A DNA stretch of 55,950 nt, the filler included, from Platydemus manokwari (Eukaryota), in the NCBI GenBank assembly GCA_037951405.1. It is 4 parts of 4 records of this genome, joined end to end, with 100 filler letters (N's around TTAATTAATTAA, not from the genome) between each part and the next. Parts side by side here need not be neighbours in the genome. Positions count along the whole stretch, not along the records: positions 1 to 13,077 come from JBBMOY011848056.1; positions 13,178 to 22,449 come from JBBMOY011273651.1; positions 22,550 to 46,014 come from JBBMOY010888865.1; 1 more part is not named here. One strand, written 5' to 3'. Below, in pieces: positions 13,002-25,314 of the stretch. The translations under genes and the position numbers were made by a program. Under the pieces are notes generated by a model. It was not told where the DNA came from and ran no database searches. It saw nothing but the letters and a program-made list of their open reading frames with translations. Positions within the stretch are counted from its first letter, which is position 1. Each line of letters opens with the position of its first letter.

Positions 13002-13059
<58 letters not shown>

Positions 13060-13077
13060 TATTATTATTATTATTAT
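13002..13077. repeat. (TTA)n microsatellite abutting an assembly gap
   Basis: Directly visible. Confidence 0.95.
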
Positions 13078-13177
13078 NNNNNNNNNNNNNNNNNNNNNNN
13101 NNNNNNNNNNNNNNNNNNNNNTTAATTAATTAANNNNNNNNNNNNNNNNNNNNNNNNNNNNNNNNNNNNNNNNNNNN
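13078..13177. other. Assembly gap with artificial spacer (44 N + TTAATTAATTAA + 44 N)
   Basis: The same 100-bp construct occurs three times in the window; the spacer has stops in all six frames. Confidence 0.97.
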
Positions 13178-14528
13178 CAAATTCAATACAACATTAAATT
13201 CAATATAAAACTTAATTCAATATAAATTAAATTCTATACTAATTCAAATTGAATGGTAGTGGCTTAAATTTTTAATATAATTATTATCATGACTGTAAAT
13301 GTTTGATGGATTGTGTTGTAGGCAACTCGTTCCGTAGTCATTTCTGTTTACACATTATTTCTTGATTAACTCAATGGCACACTCGATTTTACAGACTTTT
13401 ACTTGACTCAACGTCATTTCAATTTATCATCGAACCACATGCAACTGTAATAATTTCATTTCGGTTCTATTTCTGTATATCACTCATAATCACCATGACA
13501 ATTGCTATTATTTTTAAAGATTTACATCGATCCTCAATGATGATTTAATGAAAATGATCTTAATTTAGATCACTAATGCTTACAAGTATTAGATTTTATC
13601 TTCATCGTTTGTAAAAAAAAGAATTCATTCGAATGTTTTTGGAATATTTGCAAAAAACTCAACTGTGAAAATCAATGCCAGTTCCAATCAAATTTGAATT
13701 AGCGATTTCTTATTTTATTTTTAGATTATTTAATTCTAAAAAACATAATTATTTTTGTTCAACAGTTCCAAGAGTTGCGGTATCCAAGATTAGTAGCGGC
13801 GATCACTTTATTGGGGTCATTCAAGCAATTTTTATTTACGTAATCCGATCGATATTTGATTGCAAGCCAGACTTTCGACAGTGGTAATCAACGGACAAAT
13901 AAATAGGGAGAGAAGGGAATTTTATTTATTTATCATCAGTAAAATTGAGGAAGGTGTAAACAGAATGATCTACATCTATTAAAGTCGTTCAACATAACAT
14001 ATGCCCAATAGTAAATTGATGAAAGGAATTTTATACCCGGAGTGATATTTTATCAACAAATCCATTGATTTATTCCATTGATAACAATATGCCTTGATCC
14101 TAGAGTTACCGTTTTCGTACATTGTTAAAAGATTTATTGAAGAATTTTATCTCTTTCATGACCGAAATATTTATAATATAGCCCGATCGAAATCTATGAA
14201 ATCTGTTTATAGATATTAATTGGATCACTTGTGGATCTTTTTAAAATTATGTTATATTTTTAAATTATCTATTCAATAGTCATTAAGCCAGACACAGTGC
14301 CAACGATAAAATGTATTGATTCTTTAAATGCCATCTAAAGAAACAATTATGGACTTACTTATCGTTAGTTAAGTCAATTTATTCAAACAAATTTAAGTAA
14401 CAATAAGAGCAAGATTTGAAATATAAATTTTAAGTAAATTCATTTTTGTATTTCATTTCAAATTAGTTGCTTAAGATGAAATTAATTTATAAAATAACAA
14501 AAAGTCTTCCGAAAAGGAGGAAGATGTT

Positions 14529-14861
14529 GAGACCATATAAAGAATGTATAAAGAAGATGTAGATTTGTTATAAAGGACATAGAGAAGATGTATAAAAGAT
14601 AGGAATTAGAGATTTTTACGTAGATAAATATATAGAGTATTCGACGCAAAATCAATTAAAACTAAAAAGAAAATCGAAGATTTTAAAGAATGATGAGAGG
14701 GTGAGAATTTTAAATCGAATTAAAAATTCGAAGATTTAATTTGATATATAATTTAATTTTGTAGAAAATTGTATTACATAACTGGATTTATATACATAAT
14801 TTCGTCTCGTGACTTTATAGTTCGTTTCAATGCGTCTTTTATAAAATAGCAGCGGCTTGCA
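14529..14861 (+). mobile_element. Partial copy of a short-LTR non-autonomous retroelement: internal 3' segment, purine tract and 3' LTR (14700-14861)
   Basis: 14529-14699 aligns by eye with 16781-16927, and 14700-14861 aligns with 16546-16705 (gtgagaattttaaat...gaagatttaatttg...tacataatt...agttcgttt...ataaaata..agcgg.tt.ca). Confidence 0.75.
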
Positions 14862-16545
14862 AGCATAATTATTTAAACAATTCTAGTATAACAATTACTG
14901 TTGATAAATATTGACTTCAGAATAATTTTATAAAGCACATCTCATGATAATGATGATAAGTTGAATATTTTATCGATTTTCCTTTTTTACGTTCCCACTA
15001 ACCAGAATTTTAATTTATGTTGTAGTTCTTCACAAAGGAACTTTAGTTTAAAAAAAGGCACTATTGCTTTAACTGATATAAAAACTGTTAAATAACTTAA
15101 ATAGGGTTATTACTTAGAAAATTGAGAATATACTTAAATCAAGGAAATTCAATTCAAATCGATAAAGTCCATATCTCGATTTCGGATATGAGAAACATTG
15201 CTGTAGTTTTAAAGATAAAAATATTAATCTACTTAATGATGCAGAACATAAAATTTTGCAATAGAACAGTAGGTGATAAAATATCTTCTTTAATATAATA
15301 AACACCGATAATTGGTATATTTATCGTACTTAGGATTAAGTCCTGATTTTCTTATAAATGTGATATTCATCTGATTTTGTTGAATTCAATGTTCAATTTA
15401 GATTGTGGAAAAGCTGATTTGTGGTGGAATTTCTATACATGACCTAGCATTTGTATTATTACTACCACGATTATGGTAATTACAATCTCAATATTATTAT
15501 TCATTTTACTAGTTTACTTTTATAATTATTAGTATTATAAATTTTCATTTTTTTTCGTTAAATAGTTCCAACAAAAAATATATATCCGAAATAAAACTCT
15601 AATTAAAACTGTTTTTTACATCACTGTACATTAAATATTTGCAGAATTTATGACATTACACCGAAAATTGAATGAATCTGCTAATGCTGACGACATAAAT
15701 TTGTTTATGAAAACAAGTAGATTTATCTATTCTTATCAAGTGTCTTTTTTAGCAGTAAGATATATTTATAAATTCAGACGACAATAACACTGGCATGGAG
15801 TTTTCCTGTGCATGCGGTTGACTTTGATATTTCAATTTTATTTAAATTTAAACACATCTTCCAGTGATTATGACATGTTAGAAAAATCACAGGTGCCATA
15901 TGAAATGACTACCACCAACTTTTATCTTTTTGCTGACAAAATTAAATGGTTGGATGTGAATTTACCAATTATATGGGCGGCTAGTTATTATATTAGAATT
16001 TATAAATAAAAACAAAATTCACGACAATGATAATGTCAATTTCTACAGATATCCTAGGAGAAATATTTTTCCAAGGTAAATTGTTTTCCAAGAAATTCTC
16101 TGCGAGATTTTTTAACGTACTTTACACGTAAAATGTTCTTTGGAAATTTGTTTTAGAAATTGTGGAAATTTCTTTTAGATATATTATCGAGATAAGAAAT
16201 ATATTTCTTTTTTTCATCGATGCGTTTAAATAGCTATCTATTGGTCAATGAAATGTGGATATTGGATAAAAAATATTTATAGAAATTATCTTTCCCAATC
16301 AAGCTTCGTATATTAATTAATTTAAATTTTCCGCAAATAATTCCCTATGTGATGCATTGAATTGTTTTTCAAGATGTTTCTTATTATATTTTTATTTATC
16401 CTACAATATTGTTGATGATTTTATTAATTTCTTCTAATAATATTTGGGATTCGACTGTAGGTCATATTGATGAAGAAAATACTTTCACGTGACTAATATG
16501 TAGTCTCACAACTAAGTATTGAAGTGAATACAATTTTGATAACAG

Positions 16546-16953
16546 TGTGAGAATTTTAAATTTAATTAAATTTCTGAAGATTTAATTTGGTATCGAATTT
16601 ATTTTTATAAAAAATTATATTGATTTGTGTAAATACTTGTATTCAAATACATAATTCGGTGTCTTGTCTTTCCAGTTCGTTTTCATAAAATAATAGCGGT
16701 TTACATGGCAATCACGCATATGGATTCGATTCTGAGAAGATCAATGACTGAAATTTATGGAAAAGAAAGAGAAATATGCTGAGACTATATAAGGAATGTA
16801 TAAAGAAGATGTAGAGAAGATATGAAAAAGAGAAGATTTAGATTTTTTATATAGATAAATATGAAGAGTACTTGATTCAATGTCAATCAAGAATACAAAG
16901 AAAATTAAAGATTTTACCAAAGGGGGATGGGAGAATTTTTAATTGAATTAAAG
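16546..16953 (+). mobile_element. TRIM-like miniature LTR retroelement: 160-bp 5' LTR (TG...CA), PBS, ~220-bp non-coding interior, PPT, truncated 3' LTR
   Basis: LTR tgtgagaatttt...gcggtttaca (16546-16705) is followed immediately by TGGCAATCACGC. PPT aaaggggga (16919-16927) is followed by tgggagaatttttaattgaattaaa, which repeats the LTR start. Confidence 0.7.
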
Positions 16954-19900
16954 TTTTTTTCAGTTTGTTTTCGATAGCTTACAACCGGTTCAAAACATTA
17001 CTTAAATTAACAGAAATTTTAATATAACTTTAACAATAATGACAAAGAGATCAGGGCAATCCTGTTTCATTCTGCCGGTAAATTTGACCATGTTTGAATC
17101 CAGAACATTTCTCCTCATTGCAATCTTCGATTGTTTGGTCATTAGCTGAACTTGACATCTTTACTATCTGATTGGTATTAGCAAGCATTATATGATCGAT
17201 GAAATGCTGCCGGATGCTGGGAGAACACATCTGAAAATAATTTAAATTACCTGCATGATAACCAGTTAAAAGGAATTCTATAATTTAACTATTTGATTTA
17301 TAAATACTCTGTCGACGTGCACAGTGGTTATTTAATTATTTAATTTACTAAATAATATAATCGTCATAATTATCCCTTTGGTTATAATAGACTTATTATT
17401 TTGTAACTATTCAAAAATAAATGTCATTGGATAATTTGAAGAATAAGTTGAGTAATGGAACAACTCAAACATTATTCTCATTTATTGATGATCTCGTGAA
17501 TGAGACGATATTCATCGCTGTTAGACTATGACGATCTGATGGACTAAACCAAAGTATACAATCAGTCCAGTTATACCCCTCTCAAGGAGCGAATTATGTA
17601 GCACAAGTCTGGATATGATGCATAAGTTCTATAACATCATTGTTAGATCTCCTAGTTCGATCTCATAAAGGGCACAGAAATTGCAGCAGGCACTGCCAAG
17701 ATATTAGCCAAACATCTATTAGAATCGAATATATTTCACTTCACTAGAATCTGAAATCACAAACCTGCGTATTCATGAACATATTTTATGGATAAGACCT
17801 ACTAGTCAAACGAGAGACCTTTCAACACGGAGGTTGGTCACTGCTTGTTCGTTACTAATGGCAGTTACCAGGCATTCGTCTTTATATCTTTTTGAGCTTT
17901 TGGAATAGAGAAGACGATAAACAGGATAAATTTCAACCAAATTTGGGCAAGAAATTTCAAAGACATAAGCTGATCGGTGATGAGAGATGCTGCTCTTTGC
18001 GTCTTGAAATACATAAACCACCAATAACATTCTCAAACATATCACTAAGCTTCACTGACCTTCGAGATTTTGAAATTACAGAATCCAATATCCAATCATC
18101 ATCGCTTTAGAACTTTGAACATTACATAAGGTGGTTATTCAAATCCGGATGATTCTGGAACCCAGGAAGCAATCTGGCATCCAATTCAACAAATTTAACT
18201 GAGATTCAAATCAAACCGGATTCAAATTCAATTGAAAATCGATCAATATAAACTATGATATTGAATTATTATATGGTGTCGATTATTAAATTTGGTTGTT
18301 CGAGAGGGCTTCGATAGAAAATATTGAGATCTATACTATCGGCAAGAACTATTTAAAGGATTTTTTAATTAATGATTGAGCACTGAATTGAAAAACAAAA
18401 AATCTTCTCAAGTTATTGTTTCCAACAATTTTTATTATCAATAATCAATTGATTTTTCTAATTTTTTAAAGGTTGATTATTTATTATTATTATGTTAATC
18501 CTTCATCATTATTTGCTCAAGCCCCATCTTCTTTACATTTACTAACCAAATATAAAAATATCAAAATTACATAAAATTTGAATCAAAAAGTTAATTAAAT
18601 TTGAACACGAATGAAATCAAATTAAATAATCAATACAACTGAATAGGAGTTCAATTAAAATAATGTTAATAAAAATTAAATATCGATTGAATGACAATTA
18701 AATTTATTTCGTTGGTCTTAGCTCGATTCAAAGCTATGTGATTGGGTCATTTCAAGAACAAAAAAGTTAATCAAAATATAAAAATAAAATAGCAACAAAT
18801 GACTAAAAATGATAACTAATACATTAGAAATAACAAAAATAGAAACTCTTGATAATAAAAATAGCAGCATGACGCATAAAATACGCCTATAAAGCATACA
18901 AAATAGTATATAAGCAAGCACCTACGTGCATTATTTATACTAAATGTATTGTTTAAGCGAAAAGTTACTCTCGAAAACATTTGTCGGAAATATTCATACC
19001 ATAATATCGCAAATTAAATTAATCTCACCGCTATAAGAAAATTTGTTTATATTTTACGAAGAAATTTTATTAGAAGAAACTTCAATTTTGTTATTGTTCA
19101 GATAATTTGAGTAACCATCCTAAGTAAACTTTATTTTGTTACCAACCCAGCAGCTGTTTCTATAGGTGTTTATCTCTACTTTATATATTTTCCTCTTCCA
19201 TGTTTTCTACAAAAGTTTCTATTTAATTAGACACACTTGACTTCTTTAATTGAAGAATATAAACATCTTGAGGTTTATAAATTATTTTATACCTATTAAC
19301 AATATAGTCCCAGACAATTTATTTTATTTGATTATATTTATGTTAATATTAGCAGGAATCTTTTTAGATCCATCACCAATTGTTAATATTTTAAATAATG
19401 CAAATTTTATTTATCCAATACCTTCTTATTAAGTTAGAATAATAAATCACAATCTTTGTTATATTTATTTGACGAGTATTATAGCTTGATATCTCTTTAT
19501 TTGATTGTTTTTACAACACCAAAATTTCTCTGTTATTTGATTTGATTTTATTAAACCCACTCCAGCAGTATTGTTAAAGATGTGATATTATTTGTTATCG
19601 GAAGGTCTTTTGAAATAATTACCCTTCAGACTAATATTGTTTTCATAATATTTTACTCTCCGCATTTAAATTTAATTATTATTTAATATTATACATTTCA
19701 TGGGTGAAACTATTGAATATTAGAAAATTTTGTTTTTGTATTTGAATTTTTTCATAGAGGATATGATTTAATCAGCATATAACACTTCAATTTTTGTTTA
19801 ACGCATGAGTCAAAGATTTTTATTCAAAAATAAACTTCGAAAAAACCCATATTCTACTTTAAAAGTAAAACACTTCAACTTAACACGTTTACTTGCATTG

Positions 19901-20472
19901 GCTTTTATTTGTTTCACTAATTCCGACGTTTTACTGTTAATTATTATTTCAAGTAAATATTTTAATTAATTAAATAGTTTTTAAAAAAAATTGCTTTTTG
20001 GATCTCATTTTCGAATAGTATCGTTTTTAGGTTTTTAGCAGGAAAGTATCTGTATGTTTTTTTAGTTTGTGTCCTATTGGTATACCACCTCTTTACCATA
20101 TGGATAATCATAAAACATTTTAGTAATATGTAATTCAAAATTGCAAAAATACTTTAGTTAGAAAATGAGTATGAAATATGTCATCATGACACGCAAGAAT
20201 ACTAAAAAGAGTTTGTTTCAATTTTCATACATTGTATATTAATATTATTAATCATAGTTGTTATATTCCTTAAATGGATTTCAAACACAAAAGCAAAGAC
20301 CAAACGTAATCTAAAACATGAATAATTAAAATCTTAAATTATTACATAATTTCATCTATGAAAGCAAAAAGAAAATTATACCAAGTTATTTTTTATGTAA
20401 ATAGATTTTTAAAAATATTTTCATATTTTATCTTGTGCATATACATTATTTTATTAAACTAAATTTCAAATA

Positions 20473-21294
20473 ATGAATAGCAATATTTCAAAAAACAAAC
20501 AAAATCGATTCTTAGGTACTAAAGATTTAGATGAAGACGAAGATGCATTTAAGGCCTATAATATTCCTAACCAAAAAATATATGACAAACCAAGTGTTAT
20601 ACAAGGTTGAAATTTGATTATTTTTATCATTTAATCGTATTTTAAAGTGAAATCTGCTGGCACAACAAAGAAGAAGAAGTCTACAAAAACTACCAAATCT
20701 GACCTACACGTACCGGTAATTGAGGAAACTCATTTAAAACAAAGTTCAATCCAAGCCAGCCATGATTCAGATAATGATATCACAATTGCTAAAGAATCTC
20801 CAATAGATTCTAATTCTGATGAAATGCTCAAATTGCAATCCATTGACATCAAAGATAATGGAATACCACCATCAACTGATAATAATTTCAATCATATTTC
20901 AGCAATTCTAACTCCATTAATCAATAGTTTACCGATGATGCCAACTAGATTACCTAATCCATTGAATTCCAATTTGATGGGCAGATTTATAAATCCACCT
21001 TTTATTTTGAATTATAATTATCCACAGCAATATATTCCAAACTTGCAAGCATATCGGTATGGGTTGGCAAATAATTACAATGTGAGAAAATCGTTTCCGA
21101 TACCAATCAACAATTATCAACCAGCAAAATTGTCGCCATATTATCAACGATTGGAAGTTATTGATGCTTTGTTTAAATTCATTATTCAAATATTGAGATC
21201 TCCTGAACAGCCTCTAGTTGAACAAATCGAATATTTGAAAAGTCTGCTCGATTCACTATTAATAGAAAAATTTGAAAATCCTACAATAAATTAG
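20473..21294 (+). CDS. Two-exon gene, ~260 aa, unknown function (low-complexity N/P/S-rich middle, helical C-terminus)
   Basis: Exon 20473-20605 (MNSNISKNKQNRFLGTKDLDEDEDAFKAY...) is joined by a 42-nt GT-AG intron in phase 1 to the 215-aa ORF (20648-21294). AATAAA signals occur at about 21404-21446. Confidence 0.7.
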
Positions 21295-22449
21295 TCGATT
21301 GATTTTTTCATTGATAGATTTTTAATTACGGGTTTTGTCCTATTTTATGAATTTATTTTTCATTTTAATAATTGTTTTGTTTAAAATATTTTCATTATTT
21401 TTTAATAAAAGAAATTTGAAAATGTTTACTAATAAAATGGAATAAAAATGCGATGATTAATTTTGATCATTTTGTGTGATTTTGTGTTTAATTTATCATA
21501 TTGACTATGTATAAATAGTTGGTGGATTCGATGGAGTGGTTAGAAATTAATCTTTTATAAGTCTAGTTTCCATATAAGTATGTTGCAGTTTTAATGTTTA
21601 CGTTTATTTCTTTTATCATTAGTGAATGTTAGCTATATTTAGTGTAAAATATATCAAGCCATCAAAATCGGAATGAACTAAATCGATGAAACTGATTCGT
21701 ACTTCACCAGAAATGTGTATAATCTTACTGAAATCGTACTAATCTCATTGTTTTTGTTGATTTTTGTTTTGATAGTGATTTCTAATTTTCCTTTGGACAA
21801 TACTTTCTTTCATCCTCGCAGACTGAGAGAAAGTTCTTTTTCTACAGCACAGTTCAATTTTTATATAGATTCTGACTTAAACTTCCTCTAATGACTTGAG
21901 GGCTGATGTCCTTAGACAGTAGTAGTATTTCAATATAATTTATAACCAAATTAAAGTTTAGGTATGTTATGACCTATGATGAAATGAAAATTTTATTGAA
22001 TTCAATACAAATATAATTTATTGACATATATACACGCATACACATACACGCGTGTGTATGTGTGTCTATATATATAGAATAACAATAACATATTAGTGAT
22101 TTATGCTTTATCAAAATGTTTTTAATGTTTTCAAATTTAATTGAATCTCATAATTTAATGATATACTATATTGGAGGGTTCTTGTTCTCAATTTCTTTGA
22201 CCAATAATTCATTCAAAAGGCCTTTGATAGACTTATTTGATCCGACGTGGCCTGAATTGACTGTTAGCAATTAAAACAATAAAAATTCAATGAAAATTGT
22301 CTCACTATACTCAATAATTAATCTCATTGTCTCGAGTTAATAAAATATCACAAATCAAAAGCTAGATATCACGGAAATTATTCCAAATTTAGATCAATAT
22401 TTTAGAAATTACCTTATAAAAATAACAATAGATAATAACAATATAACAA

Positions 22450-22549
22450 NNNNNNNNNNNNNNNNNNNNNNNNNNNNNNNNNNNNNNNNNNNNTTAATTA
22501 ATTAANNNNNNNNNNNNNNNNNNNNNNNNNNNNNNNNNNNNNNNNNNNN
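22450..22549. other. Assembly gap with artificial TTAATTAATTAA spacer
   Basis: 44 N + 12 nt + 44 N. Confidence 0.97.
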
Positions 22550-24892
22550 TAAATAAAACACTAACCAATTGTGATATATGATCTGGAAATAATATTAAGA
22601 ACAATATCGATTTCTAATGTCTAAAATTTTTCATTGAATTTTGAGTTTGAAGGAACGGAGACATTGACGTTTCAAAAATAATTTCCAATAAAATAATCTT
22701 TAATATGTTTATATGTATCGATAATTTATGGTTTTTTCATTGATATATAATACCATGGTTTGTACTTCTTTATTCCAATGAGAATGGCTTTCCTTTATAT
22801 GTGGAAATTTATTGAAATAAGTTGAGTTTCTGTTGTCAGCATATTCGAACAATTAGATTAATCTAGACGTTCTCAGCTTTATACATATAATTCCAGTGGC
22901 CTTAGAGAATTTTTTCCATCTTTTGACACACAAACAAAACGAAAGTTCAAAATATAAGGAGCCATAGGATTGTCTAGGTTTTAAAAACCAGTCCCAGCCA
23001 GAAAACGTAGAGAGATTTTTCTAATCGAATAAATAACGTGAAATTAAATTTTTCTACATTTTCGGGTTTTAACTACTCTTATCCTTTAGAATTTAAAATG
23101 TAATCTGTATGTACTCAAAAATATGTCAACAATTTCGTTTTTGAATTTTCTAATTTTATATACTACTAGTTAATGTTTTTAGTAAGTATTATGACATTTT
23201 ATTGATTTTATCTCATTGAAAAGAATTGATTTGTGATTAACACAATCTCCTAAACCAATTGTTGCTATTAAAAGGTTCTATTTACGTTTATCATGATCAA
23301 GGAATATAATATTCTAACAAACACTTTTCTAGGAATTATTTATCCTGTACACGAGGACATAATGATGATTGGTCAGCCTAAATGAGATATTTCAAAATAT
23401 TGTTGCCGCAATATTTTCATTTTGAGATTTTCAATAATAAAACAAATCATTAATAAGATATAAAATACGAGCATGTTTTGAAAGCTTATTTATCAGTATG
23501 TGGAATTAGTAACGAACATTCTATCAACACCAAAAATTGAAGTTTGATTACTTATCATTGATATCATCAAAAAGATATCTTTACAAATACGAAAACACCT
23601 GCCAGGCGGTTTAATAAAATTGATGTATTCGTTTATTGGTGATACGAAATGTGTGTACGTGTGTGTGTGCGTAAAGTAGAAATATAATTTTAGAATAAAC
23701 AAATCATGTTCAAAAATTTACATAACATTTACAATAATCTCAATAAATAATTTTTTAATCCATTTTTATCGACAAATGATTCCTGATTAGATTAAATTTG
23801 AACTCTATTCTGATTGGATGAAATGCAAATTTAATATTTTTTCGATTGGATGAAATTATTATTGAAATTTTGTGAAATCATTTGCAAAAAATAAATTAAA
23901 AATGATATTTTAATGATATTAAACGAAAATTAGAATTTTCATTAAAAAATTCAAACCCATGAAGCTCTAAAAATGAACCATTTTACGTATATATTAATAA
24001 TTGACGGTCCATATTTAAAATCGTTACCATTTAAACAAATTATTAATGATCTCAAAACTATCATAATAACATGTAAATTATCAAAAATTCATTGATAAAT
24101 AAAATAAAAAAATTACAAACATAAATCAATAAATAAAAAAATTAATTTAAAAAAATATATGAAAAAAATATATGAAGTTATAAACGCTTTCGAAGAAGAA
24201 ATATTGATGAGATAATATATTAATTACAAAGCTCAATCTCCAGGCCTGTATCAAGGGTTGCCAAACATGAGAAACATGACAAACTAGGTGATCACTTATT
24301 TAAGGTGCAGAAATATCTCAAATATGAAAATTAAATTTGAAAATCAAATAAAAAATATGAAAAAAATTAAAAAAAATTTAAAAAAAAACTAAAGGTTAAA
24401 CCATCGGAAACTGCTTCAACACTTTTTTCAACAAAGAATCTAACCGACACCAGGCAACAACATCTTCGAAATGCAAAAGCAAATATTTATTCAAAATAGC
24501 AACAGGTCGAAAAGTAAACATCGAGTCTGATTGCGTAATAAATTAAATCTCAACATCAGAAATTTATCAATAAAATCAATTAATTCAATCGATATACATA
24601 TATATACAATTTTACAATCAATATACCATTGATCAATAACTCTGCCAAACATTGGAGCACTGAACAACAACCCAGTATCGTCGTCACACCACCGGTCATC
24701 AGCGCAACATATGAAAAAGATAACACCAGACAAAACGATATTCATTTCATATTTAACCACAATCATATTTTTCATAATTATCTTGTGTGTATTGTATGAC
24801 TCATCTTTCATAATAATAATTTTTGTTTGGTGCACAAATTTGTGAAAAAATATTTTTGACTATTTGGTGTCAATCAATAAAATCTTTCTCAC

Positions 24893-25314
24893 CTGATACG
24901 TTTAATTGTACGGAATATTTTCCACATTTCCATGTGCCTCTATGAGCTAAAGTAGCGTTTCTTATAATCAAATCGAATCGATTATTCGTTTTGACAATCT
25001 CAAAGAAATTGGCTTCGTACGGTTTGTCGTCTTCACCGACGGGTTTTGTATTGTGTGACCAGAGAATTAAATCTGAAAACTTTTGCATTTGACATGAGAT
25101 ATTCACACGTTCACCTTGCAGAACATTGTTTTTTGGATAGATGAAAATTTGACATTTTGAAAAATCTAAAAATTTTTAAATGAAGCCTCATTTTACTTAT
25201 TCGAATATATAAAAACACTGCTATTTTCGAACTTGTTAAGAAAACGTCGATGATATAAGACTTACTTTTGAAAGAAAGTAAAATCCAAATAAAAATAAAA
25301 ATAAAATTCCTCAT
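24893..25314 (-). CDS. Immunoglobulin-superfamily protein: signal-peptide exon + one Ig-domain exon (downstream exons not resolved)
   Basis: Exon 25314-25266 MRNFIFIFIWILLSFK ends at a gtaagt donor (phase 1). The symmetric phase 1-1 exon 25165-24893 encodes ...VLQGERVNISCQ.....LILWSH....FDLIIRNATLAHRGTWKC..YSVQLNV, with the B-strand Cys, C-strand Trp and a D-x-G-x-Y-x-C-like F-strand. Confidence 0.8.

Noticed and set aside
13122-13133. Palindromic TTAATTAATTAA inside N runs (also 22494-22505 and 46059-46070)
   Set aside because: Identical placement in three 100-bp gaps marks it as a scaffolding spacer with six-frame stops, not biology.
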